DNA of 64,000 nt, taken from sequence record MZ475891.1; one strand, 5' to 3'. The notes under the pieces are model-generated. The model was not told the DNA's origin. It did not search any database and saw only the letters and a list, made by a program, of their open reading frames with translations. The translations under genes and the position numbers were made by a program. Below, piece after piece: positions 55,416 to 63,582 of this stretch (within the stretch, counting starts at the first letter, position 1; each line of letters opens with the position of its first letter).

Positions 55416-56376
55416 CGATCTCTTTGAGGCTGTTCTTGATTGCTTTGCGCAGCGTCTTGCCTACGTCAATGCCATCAACATGTTTTGCGAACACATGCGC
55501 AAACAGCGTCGTCGGATTTTTCATGATTGCTCTATCGAGATCAGGACGACCCTCAGCGATTTGCATTTCACCAGGCCACAGTTCAGCAACGGCGGAGCTA
55601 TCGTTAGCGGCGATAAGCTCAAGCTCGCGGACTGAGATAGAGTTCTGGCGTGCAATCGTTCGGAAGATGAGATCAACGAAAGGCAGGAGATCTTCTGACA
55701 CAACGTTCTTCACGTCTTTGGCATCGCCAGCACGCTGGAAGTCTTCCATGAGATCTGTCAGGACTTTCTTGTCGATCTTATGCACGTTGCGCAGTTTGTT
55801 GAACAACACCATCCAGCGAACTTTACGCTTGGAACTAATCAGGTGCGTCCACACACTTTCGCCGAGAGCGATCAGCAAACGATTATACACGTCAACTGAA
55901 ACTGACTCACGGCTAACGAACACGGTCAGCTCATCATGCCACTCGTCTTTCTTAAACTTAGAACGGAACGAGTGTGTCTTGGAGCCTGACTGCTGGACAA
56001 AGTTGATGCGCTTACAGCGGCGCAGTGCTTCATGCAGCTTGTACTTCTCGATCACTTTCGGGAGTCGCTTCACTCCCTTACGACACGCTTTGGCGCAATC
56101 GGTTTCACGACCGTAGAGAGCGAGAGAAGGAAGGCCAGACATTACAGCGAGACTCGCGTAAGGTCGGACGGTAACTCCACAAACAGACATGCCGGGTTCA
56201 GGGTCTTTGCCCAGTACGGCAAGAACATCGCCTGCTTTAGGACTGAACTTGATTGACTCTGGGTCAGGAGTACCGAGTGTTGCAGCCAGAAGGCCGACGG
56301 TCTTGCCTGTAGCCAGAACCAAATGATTTTTGTTGCCCTGCCTCACGACAAGGTAATCTTGCTCACTATGTTTCAT
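55402..56376 (-). CDS. hypothetical protein
   Basis: 324 aa. Confidence 0.6.
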   Translation of the reverse strand: MKHSEQDYLVVRQGNKNHLVLATGKTVGLLAATLGTPDPESIKFSPKAGDVLAVLGKDPEPGMSVCGVTVRPYASLAVMSGLPSLALYGRETDCAKACRKGVKRLPKVIEKYKLHEALRRCKRINFVQQSGSKTHSFRSKFKKDEWHDELTVFVSRESVSVDVYNRLLIALGESVWTHLISSKRKVRWMVLFNKLRNVHKIDKKVLTDLMEDFQRAGDAKDVKNVVSEDLLPFVDLIFRTIARQNSISVRELELIAANDSSAVAELWPGEMQIAEGRPDLDRAIMKNPTTLFAHVFAKHVDGIDVGKTLRKAIKNSLKEIGGED

Positions 56377-56387
56377 AACAACCCTAG

Positions 56388-56900
56388 TTAACGAGGAATG
56401 TAATCAGAGACGTTAGCTTCCTTAGCGTCTGCTGTACGATGGCGAATCAGTCGGCTTGTTGTATCTGCTGGTGGAAAGCAGACAATAGGCTTGACGACCA
56501 TGACTGTCAGTTGTTGCGGCCACATGTCGTGATCGATCATACGCGAGGCAATAATATGTGCGGCGCGTTCGGCATCTTCACGCAAATGGTCAAACTCCAA
56601 CAGCAACACCTGAGGCTTTTGATCAATCTCGTTAACAGCGTGATCAAGTTCCATCAGGTTCGTAGCAACATAGCTTCGGCAGTGCAGCGTTCCAGAGTAG
56701 TCACGCGGTCCGATATAGACAACGTTCTCTGGGTCAACATCATCGATTGCATTGCAGATGAAATCAGGGACGAACTTGCCCAAGTCCCCTTCCAGTGCGA
56801 CAAAAGACATATCAAAAGGATCGTGCCTCATAACGGTCATGACAGCACGTCCATAGCCAGACAGATAGTTCATCAGTCTGTATACGAGATCACTATGCAC
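56388..56900 (-). CDS. hypothetical protein
   Basis: 170 aa, GAGG RBS, GTG start. Confidence 0.55.
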   Translation of the reverse strand: MHSDLVYRLMNYLSGYGRAVMTVMRHDPFDMSFVALEGDLGKFVPDFICNAIDDVDPENVVYIGPRDYSGTLHCRSYVATNLMELDHAVNEIDQKPQVLLLEFDHLREDAERAAHIIASRMIDHDMWPQQLTVMVVKPIVCFPPADTTSRLIRHRTADAKEANVSDYIPR

Positions 56901-56911
56901 GTTAACCTCTT

Positions 56912-57067
56912 TTAGAATGCGGGAGTGTAGGTGTATTTGCGCTTCTTCAACTTCGCTGCCGCGTTCTCACGGTCTAAGTCGTCGAAGATACCTACCCGTC
57001 GGTGGTAACGAAATTTCGGATGAACGGAAATATGTTTGACGATAGCACTTACGGGCTCGGTAGGCAT
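56912..57067 (-). CDS. small basic protein (51 aa, below the ORF-track cutoff)
   Basis: GAGGTG RBS, then MPTEPVSAIVKHISVHPKFRYHRRVGIFDDLDRENAAAKLKKRKYTYTPAF. Fills the intergenic gap exactly. Confidence 0.65.
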   Translation of the reverse strand: MPTEPVSAIVKHISVHPKFRYHRRVGIFDDLDRENAAAKLKKRKYTYTPAF

Positions 57068-57075
57068 ATATCACC

Positions 57076-57573
57076 TCAATCAGGTTTATCCAGAATACGC
57101 TCCAACTCACATTTGAGAAATTCTTCGTGCTCTTGGTCATGACCTGCTTCGAAGTAAATATCAAAATGGTTGTCGTAGTTTTTCAGTGTAATAGAAATTA
57201 AAGGGTGGCCGCTCGGTAGATGCGATCTCAGATAGTACGCTACGATAAAAACATCGTAGGTCTTTAGCTTCCGTGGAGCCGCCGCCTGCTCCAACATCTT
57301 TGCATAGAGCGCTTCGTACTTCTCTTGGTACTTCTTCTTTTTATTAAAGAAATCCAAGAGATTAGCCACAACATGCCGCTTTTTCATATAGATAGAAGCC
57401 CCGATAAGATTCTCGGCGGCGCTCACGAACTTCAAATCAGACATATCGGGCTTTAGTTTAATAAATTTTGCGTAATCATATTGGTCACGCAGGACAACCT
57501 CCATCTTTGCAGCTATACGCAAAATACGGTCGACGTTGGGTTGCTTCACTCTAGGCATAATAGAACTCAACAA
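57076..57573 (-). CDS. hypothetical protein, paralog of 57592..58116
   Basis: Shared motifs L..HLPS.HP and L..ELERI. Confidence 0.6.
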   Translation of the reverse strand: MLSSIMPRVKQPNVDRILRIAAKMEVVLRDQYDYAKFIKLKPDMSDLKFVSAAENLIGASIYMKKRHVVANLLDFFNKKKKYQEKYEALYAKMLEQAAAPRKLKTYDVFIVAYYLRSHLPSGHPLISITLKNYDNHFDIYFEAGHDQEHEEFLKCELERILDKPD

Positions 57574-57591
57574 TAGTGCATGTTTACAGAA

Positions 57592-58116
57592 TCAATCGGC
57601 AGTAGACCCAATGCGCTCTAGTTCGTAGGTCAAGTAAGCATCCCACGAATAGAAGCCATCTTTAGCCAACACAGAATCAAACTGGCGGCTGATCTTCGTA
57701 CCTTTAGGAAAGCGAATGCGATCAGACAGACGTTGAAGTCTGGCGTAGGTCATCTCAACTTTCTTCACAATTGGGTGTGTGCTTGGTAAATGATTCTGCA
57801 GGAACTTGCAGCTAAAGATCAGCGGGAAGTCTTTGAGGAGTTCCACCGATTCTTTTTGCGCAGCCACCAGCCCACTATAGTCATTCACCTGCTCATGGAT
57901 TTCAGGATGAGCATAGTACCAATCGTCGAGAGACTCTAACCCAAGACGTTCTTCGTACATCATTGACTCGTACATTACCATCAGTACGGGCTTCTCTTCC
58001 TTCTTATCCTTGAAAGCAACAAACAGTTTGGGATAAGTTCCAAACTTCTTTTCCATAAAGACTTCGAGGATTATCGCATAACGAAGAATCTCAAATTCGG
58101 TTAGTACCTTGCTCAT
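57592..58116 (-). CDS. hypothetical protein, paralog of 57076..57573
   Basis: FLQNHLPSTHP and YLTYELERI. Confidence 0.6.
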   Translation of the reverse strand: MSKVLTEFEILRYAIILEVFMEKKFGTYPKLFVAFKDKKEEKPVLMVMYESMMYEERLGLESLDDWYYAHPEIHEQVNDYSGLVAAQKESVELLKDFPLIFSCKFLQNHLPSTHPIVKKVEMTYARLQRLSDRIRFPKGTKISRQFDSVLAKDGFYSWDAYLTYELERIGSTAD

Positions 58117-58119
58117 ACC

Positions 58120-59724
58120 TTACTCCGAAATATCTTTGTCACAAAACTTTTTAGCAATGAACGTGGCATCGGTACTTTCAATGCTGTCGCCCTCAACACA
58201 AAGTAAAGCACCATCGTGCTCAAGAGAATAAACGCCTTTGATATTCGGGCAATTGAGAATCGCATCGAACAGGTACTTACTCTCCCAGCCGGCAAGCATG
58301 TGGTTTAGCACTCGGCGCCTTATCTTCTTATCACTTTCGCCTTCTTCTGGATCATAGTTAGAACCAGTGGCGCAAGTCAACACGCCATACTCAGGACGCT
58401 TTGACTTTTTGTTTTTCCGAAACTGCTTTGCGTACTCATTAAGCAAATCTCGTATTGAGAAATAGAGCAACGATGTTCTGGTGTTCCAGTCCTCCATAGC
58501 AGTACGAACTTTATATTTCGGCATCGTCTTACGGAGTTCTTTGTAGACGTTGCTGTACGGGTTGATCTCCAATTGACCAGCGGAGAAGATGGTTGCATAC
58601 AAACAAATCTTTGCCGTCTTCTTATCCATCTGAGATATACGAGCCATGTCCTCCACAGACTTAATATCGTCGAAGAATCCGTAGTCAATCGAATACGAGG
58701 CCAACTCGTTTCGTAACACGTTGAACTGGCTGGACTTCATGTCCCAGTTAGTACCTACAGTAAAGCAGGCTTGTTTAAGAATGCTCGGCAAGTTTTGAAA
58801 ACCACCGCCGATTTCAAACAAGCGACCACCAATCTGAGACAGTCGGTATCGAGGCCAGTAGCGAATAGTTAACGGGTTAGTGTTAGCAATCTGCACAGGT
58901 CCAGAAACGATTGTGTCCAAGAGAGCTTTAACCTGCAAATATTGTTTCTTTGCTTTGTTGTTAGCAATCAAGGACTTCTCTTCAAGGTACTCAAGTATCG
59001 GTTCGATGTTAACCTCATTAGGCAGCATCTTATCCAACACTTTGCGATACAGTAGCCTGCCCGTTAAACCTTTTCCGCGGTCCCTGTTTCTATCAAGGGA
59101 CTTGAGATCGTGCTGAGGTCTAACAAAAGGCAGCTTAGAATTTTTCTCTATCATGGACCACACAGTCACACCATAGTCTTCTCGCAATATGCGCACAGGA
59201 CTATAGAAACGGACACGCTTTAGAATCTCCTGAGACGTGTGGTGCTTGATATGTTGGTACATCCCGTCAAGAATCTCCTGACGTATGCGGAACTCTCTGC
59301 TAAGGCCCTTTTTCTTATCATAAGGCTTCGTCTCAAAGACGTTAACCATCAACCAGTCCAAGGATCTACTGAAAGTACCTTCTTTTTTAGCATACTTGCC
59401 GACAGCAACGCTATTTCCGCCTCTACGGAAGCCAAATACCATCGGCAGCTCTGTTTGACCTAAAATCTTAGGAAAAGGTACCCATACGCGGCCAAACTTC
59501 TTCTTTTTGTGTTTGCGCGACGGGTACAAGCTGCATTGAAGAATGTGCCAGAAGAAAAGATTCAATTGAGTACGAAACTCACGCTCGGAGTCCGCAGGCC
59601 CCGTATAAGGACATGCGTTTACCACGTTGCTTTTCACCCAAAGAACGACTTCTTTCTCCTGGTAGGAGGGGTTCTTGATCAGAACGGCCCCCTGACCGGA
59701 AACGATTCGTTTTTTCATACTCAC
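58120..59724 (-). CDS. minimal family-A-fold polymerase (TV-Pol-like), no exonuclease domain
   Basis: Ordered motifs GGRL...FQNLPS, NWDMKSSQ (A), KTAKICLYATIF (B), LNHMLAGWE and EHDG (C). Confidence 0.7.
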   Translation of the reverse strand: MSMKKRIVSGQGAVLIKNPSYQEKEVVLWVKSNVVNACPYTGPADSEREFRTQLNLFFWHILQCSLYPSRKHKKKKFGRVWVPFPKILGQTELPMVFGFRRGGNSVAVGKYAKKEGTFSRSLDWLMVNVFETKPYDKKKGLSREFRIRQEILDGMYQHIKHHTSQEILKRVRFYSPVRILREDYGVTVWSMIEKNSKLPFVRPQHDLKSLDRNRDRGKGLTGRLLYRKVLDKMLPNEVNIEPILEYLEEKSLIANNKAKKQYLQVKALLDTIVSGPVQIANTNPLTIRYWPRYRLSQIGGRLFEIGGGFQNLPSILKQACFTVGTNWDMKSSQFNVLRNELASYSIDYGFFDDIKSVEDMARISQMDKKTAKICLYATIFSAGQLEINPYSNVYKELRKTMPKYKVRTAMEDWNTRTSLLYFSIRDLLNEYAKQFRKNKKSKRPEYGVLTCATGSNYDPEEGESDKKIRRRVLNHMLAGWESKYLFDAILNCPNIKGVYSLEHDGALLCVEGDSIESTDATFIAKKFCDKDISE

Positions 59725-59753
59725 ATCGTGATTACCTGAGTTTTTCTATCTGA

Positions 59754-59762
59754 TATTTACAG
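59754..59762 (-). promoter_or_regulatory. motif A upstream of the minimal polymerase
   Basis: AATCTGTAAATA. Confidence 0.55.
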
Positions 59763-59782
59763 ATTCAGACTTATCTTATGAC

Positions 59783-60100
59783 CCGTACGCTACAGCGCTT
59801 GGTACGGCTACAGCTACTACAGCGGAGCTAGCGGGATACGCGCTTGGCTTGCTCGAAACATGGAAGGAGAGGTACATCTTTAGGCGGCACGTTTTGTAGA
59901 GGCTGAATCCGAGAGATTAGCACTATCAATGCCCCTCCACCCATGCTGGAGCTGCTTAGAATAGCATTCTGTTAGGATAATTTAGGTCGTCTAAACCGTG
60001 TAAATTTTCCCGAGAAAACAGACGATTTTCCGTAAAACACGCCCGTTTTCAGACAAAAACCAGAAAAATCTTAATAAAATCAAGGACTTTTCCGAAAACT
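59783..60100. repeat. origin-like non-coding region with short direct repeats and phased A/T tracts
   Basis: CTACAGC three times (59790, 59808, 59817), inverted repeat CCGTAC/GTACGG, and TTTTC..AAAA units at 60005, 60026, 60046 and 60088. Confidence 0.5.
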
Positions 60101-60110
60101 ACTCAGGAAA

Positions 60111-60770
60111 TCACTTCTTGCGAGAGATCTTTTGGTTCAATTTCTTACCGATTTGAGACAAAACGCGCTCGACTGTTTCACCGTCACGTTCACCGATAGC
60201 CATAGCGAGCCTTTCGCCCTGTTCACGCGATAGCTCAGGCATAATCAGCTTGAGCATCTTTGATCGCGCCTTTGCAGACTTTGATTTGCCTCTTGACAGC
60301 GATTGCGTTTCCATTTCGGCAGCAACACGGCTCATTGTGCGCTGCACGCGACGATCTGCGAATATATCACCGAAGATATTGCCAAACAGGTCCTGGAACG
60401 AACGTCCTCCACCAAATATCTCATCCTTTGTGAAGCGCACTTCCTTTCCTAGCGCATTGCGCTTAACGCTGTGCGTGCTTTCCACTTCGTTTTGGACGCG
60501 TGCACCTTCGATGAAGTTCTCATCAGGCCGCGATTTCTTACCTTCAGCGCCGGGCTTAGTGACGCCGTTACGCAGCTCAGCACGCCCCTCAACAGCCGCG
60601 TCAGGGTCAAACATGTCATCAGTGTTGACGCTTTGGTTAGGGTCAAAGGGAATCTTGTCTGTCAGCTTGTTTTCATCTGGCCACGAACGAGGGATATCCG
60701 ACGCCGGTTGTGGGCTATTTGTCATATCACCGTTCTTCTCACTGTTCAGACTCACATAAATCTTGGTCAT
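60111..60770 (-). CDS. hypothetical protein, probably virion-associated (MTKIYVSLNS tag)
   Basis: 219 aa, GGAG RBS. Confidence 0.55.
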   Translation of the reverse strand: MTKIYVSLNSEKNGDMTNSPQPASDIPRSWPDENKLTDKIPFDPNQSVNTDDMFDPDAAVEGRAELRNGVTKPGAEGKKSRPDENFIEGARVQNEVESTHSVKRNALGKEVRFTKDEIFGGGRSFQDLFGNIFGDIFADRRVQRTMSRVAAEMETQSLSRGKSKSAKARSKMLKLIMPELSREQGERLAMAIGERDGETVERVLSQIGKKLNQKISRKK

Positions 60771-60779
60771 TTGTTTCTC

Positions 60780-61886
60780 CTAGAGAATTTTAAAGCCCTT
60801 GAAAATGTTATACGCGTATTCTTTGCGTTGCACGGCACGGGTGGTGCACACCCATTCCCATTGATCGTTCTTTGCTGTGCGCTTCTTCGGCGCTTCCATC
60901 ACTTTCAGCACATAGTTTTTGAAAGGCAGAACCAGCAAATCTTCAGGCTCAAGCGGTCCACAACGCGCAGGCAGAACAACACTCAGGTTACCTACAGTCA
61001 GTTCCTGATCGTAATCCAGCACGTTTGCTTCTTCGCTGATATTGCCTTTAACGTAAGGTACGCCCAGATCGAATATCATTGTGGCATGTGTGAAAGCCTC
61101 AACGCCACCGATTCTGATCGTTACGTTCTTGCCACGAAACTTATCCAGCGTTTCCGCTTTCAACTCGACTGCTACGCCGTTTAGCATCAGCATAGGACGT
61201 GGGAAAGCAGGAAGCACTTTCTCATTCAATCTGACCGAATAAGTCGCCTGCGTAAAGTATTTTGGAATAAGCTGATCGAACTCAACGAAGCCGTCTTTGC
61301 GTACTTGACGGAACGTAGAAGGGCTGGTGGACTGATCGTATGTGTAGCCTTCAATGCGTAGCGCATGGTGCTGCATCATAACGTTGTACACGAAGCCTGT
61401 GCTAATGAATCCAGGCACGATGCCTTGACGGAAGCACACAGCACAGTTGGCGTTGTTACCGCCATCCCATTTGACGCTCATCTCTTCTTCGGTGTCGCCC
61501 ATGAGATCTGCTGCGCTCAACGTTGCGTTCTCACCTTCGTCGAGGTCATCAAGGCTAACCGTTTGACGTCCACCACCAAACATGCCTTTCGACACAGTGT
61601 TCAGCTTGACGTTACCCTGAGTGCCGAGGCTTGAACGGCCAACGCTTTTCATTCCACCTAAGTTGGAATCAAAGTCGTCGTTGACTGTTTTGTTGCAACT
61701 GCACGTCAGACCGAATTTTGCTTTCTTGAATATGATAATGTCCGTAGCATCAACGGCTAATGCCTGTTCTACTTTGGACTTGACCACTTCCTGAATGGAG
61801 TCGAGGCGCTGCTGCACTCGCTTTGTCTCGTAGGTCTTGTGGCGATCATATTTATTACGGGGTTTGCCACGTTCAATCCAGCTCAT
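60780..61886 (-). CDS. hypothetical protein with Cys cluster, possibly head completion
   Basis: CSC...CAVC motif, GGAG RBS, upstream TAATTT motif. Confidence 0.45.
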   Translation of the reverse strand: MSWIERGKPRNKYDRHKTYETKRVQQRLDSIQEVVKSKVEQALAVDATDIIIFKKAKFGLTCSCNKTVNDDFDSNLGGMKSVGRSSLGTQGNVKLNTVSKGMFGGGRQTVSLDDLDEGENATLSAADLMGDTEEEMSVKWDGGNNANCAVCFRQGIVPGFISTGFVYNVMMQHHALRIEGYTYDQSTSPSTFRQVRKDGFVEFDQLIPKYFTQATYSVRLNEKVLPAFPRPMLMLNGVAVELKAETLDKFRGKNVTIRIGGVEAFTHATMIFDLGVPYVKGNISEEANVLDYDQELTVGNLSVVLPARCGPLEPEDLLVLPFKNYVLKVMEAPKKRTAKNDQWEWVCTTRAVQRKEYAYNIFKGFKIL

Positions 61887-61984
61887 ATTAATCTCCTTTG
61901 TTGCTCTGAAATTATTGTGCTGTTTCCGTGCCTTTCACATCAAAAATATTTATTTAGTAGCACAATGAAAATACGGAGTTTCAT

Positions 61985-62533
61985 ATGCGCGTTCTTTCAG
62001 GCGACCCGGGTAAGGTTAACTTCGCGCTGTCTGTCCAGGAGTTCAAGGACAAACGCATTACTGTTATAGGCACTCGCATGTTCCGCAGTCCTATACAGAA
62101 CCTGCATTACGATATGCGTCAGCCCACAAAAGAGTTTCTTGCCGAGCTTGAGCTAATATGGAAACTCTACGGACCGTTCGATGCCATGTGCTTTGAGCGC
62201 TTCCAGTCGCGTGGTCTTGGCGGCAACACCATTGAAGCTATCAGCCTCATGCTCGGTGTCATATCGTTCTTTGCGTTGAAGAAGAAATGCCCCCTTGATT
62301 TAATCACTGCTAGTCAGTGGAAAAATGCTTTCAACCGCAGCATGGACCTTAAAGGCTATTATGCGGAATACAATTTGACGTCAAAGAAAAGCCAAAAAGC
62401 AATTCATGAATTTGATGCGAGTCTCATTGGCGTCTATACCTTCTATCGACATTCAGAAATCAAACCGTTTGCAGGCTTCAATCGTATCATCGATGCGTAT
62501 GTTCCACGATTCCTGGAAGCACCTGTTCTTTGA
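61985..62533 (+). CDS. RuvC-like Holliday junction resolvase
   Basis: VLSGDPG..NFA, CFERF and HEFDAS carry the RNase H-fold acidic residues. Confidence 0.8.
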   Translation: MRVLSGDPGKVNFALSVQEFKDKRITVIGTRMFRSPIQNLHYDMRQPTKEFLAELELIWKLYGPFDAMCFERFQSRGLGGNTIEAISLMLGVISFFALKKKCPLDLITASQWKNAFNRSMDLKGYYAEYNLTSKKSQKAIHEFDASLIGVYTFYRHSEIKPFAGFNRIIDAYVPRFLEAPVL

Positions 62534-62542
62534 GGAAATGAA

Positions 62543-62878
62543 ATGAGCATTGAACTTGAAACCCGTGTAATGAACATGCTGGCCGGCATTAGCCGTCATC
62601 TGGTTAAGCTTGGTAAAGGTGATGTGGCTGCCTACCAAGATCGTTTCTTCTTTGAGCATTCATTCAGTACGCTGAACAAAGAAGACGACGAGACCGATGT
62701 GGTCGCTGTGTTGCGCGAAAAGATTGTGGCAGAACTTGCCGTGCGTGATATTGCACTGGCCGAAGATTATCAGCCTGTACTTACCTACAGACCGATGATT
62801 CTGCATCCGACAAACGAAGGTGAGTTCGTGTCGATCGTGGTTGGTTTCCCACTTGATGCACCAGTGGTCCTGCCATAA
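62543..62878 (+). CDS. hypothetical protein
   Basis: 111 aa, GAGGA RBS. Confidence 0.6.
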   Translation: MSIELETRVMNMLAGISRHLVKLGKGDVAAYQDRFFFEHSFSTLNKEDDETDVVAVLREKIVAELAVRDIALAEDYQPVLTYRPMILHPTNEGEFVSIVVGFPLDAPVVLP

Positions 62879-62881
62879 ATT

Positions 62882-62890
62882 CTGTAAATG
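62882..62890 (+). promoter_or_regulatory. motif A variant upstream of 62923
   Basis: ATTCTGTAAATG, oriented with the plus-strand gene. Confidence 0.5.
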
Positions 62891-62922
62891 ATCTTACTTG
62901 GTTAACCTGTAGGATATTTGCG

Positions 62923-63582
62923 ATGGCGAAGTCAGTGAAAGAACGAAAAGCGGTTACGAAGATCGCTAAAACAAAGAAGGGAAAAATTCCTATTCGCATT
63001 ATCGAGGACACGCGCCCAATAGTCATTTGCCCCGAGATGGAAGACAAACCTCGTCCGTTTCGTTTTCGCGGTCAGTGCCCGATAACAACCTGCCAGTATT
63101 GCACACGCGAAACTGCAACTGGATGCATGTCGTTAGACCGCAAAGAGTCTTCCGATCGTTCTATCTCTAACCGCGAGATTGCGTACTATAAGCGTAGCCT
63201 CTTTCCTGAACTTAAAGAGATGGATCAGAAACAGTTGGACACGACTGTTCGACGGGCACAGACTCGTACCCGTACTGCTATCTGTCTCAATATGTTTATT
63301 GCCTCCGTTGATGATTCTGATTCTGATCGTTCATTTCAGTACGTGAAGGGCAGACACCCGTCAGTGGACAATGTGCATAACTACATGGTTCAAACCTTTA
63401 CCGACTACAGACCTTGGATGCTTGCATATCTTGATGATGAGAAGCGCTTCGAAGAACTGGTCGGTAAGATAGCAAATTCTGAATTTAATTTAGGTACAGC
63501 CTTGCGTCTTACGCCTCGTAAGTATCAGGTGTTCTGCAAAGCTCTAAACGACCTTAAACAATCTGGAGAAACCAATGAGTGA
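62923..63582 (+). CDS. putative zinc-finger/HTH DNA-binding protein
   Basis: CPITTCQYC...C followed by SNREIAYY...QLDTTVRRAQTR. Confidence 0.4.
   Translation: MAKSVKERKAVTKIAKTKKGKIPIRIIEDTRPIVICPEMEDKPRPFRFRGQCPITTCQYCTRETATGCMSLDRKESSDRSISNREIAYYKRSLFPELKEMDQKQLDTTVRRAQTRTRTAICLNMFIASVDDSDSDRSFQYVKGRHPSVDNVHNYMVQTFTDYRPWMLAYLDDEKRFEELVGKIANSEFNLGTALRLTPRKYQVFCKALNDLKQSGETNE

Noticed and set aside
59783-59850. CRISPR-like mini-array
   Set aside because: The repeats are only 7-13 nt with no spacer-sized unique intervals, and there are no cas genes.
999-61634. Many long plus-strand ORFs antisense to real genes (e.g. 25279..26184, 29476..30375, 27634..28341, 21695..22342, 22815..23564)
   Set aside because: They are fully nested opposite motif-bearing genes, lack an RBS and have no protein-like motifs. 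Typical shadow frames produced by codon bias.
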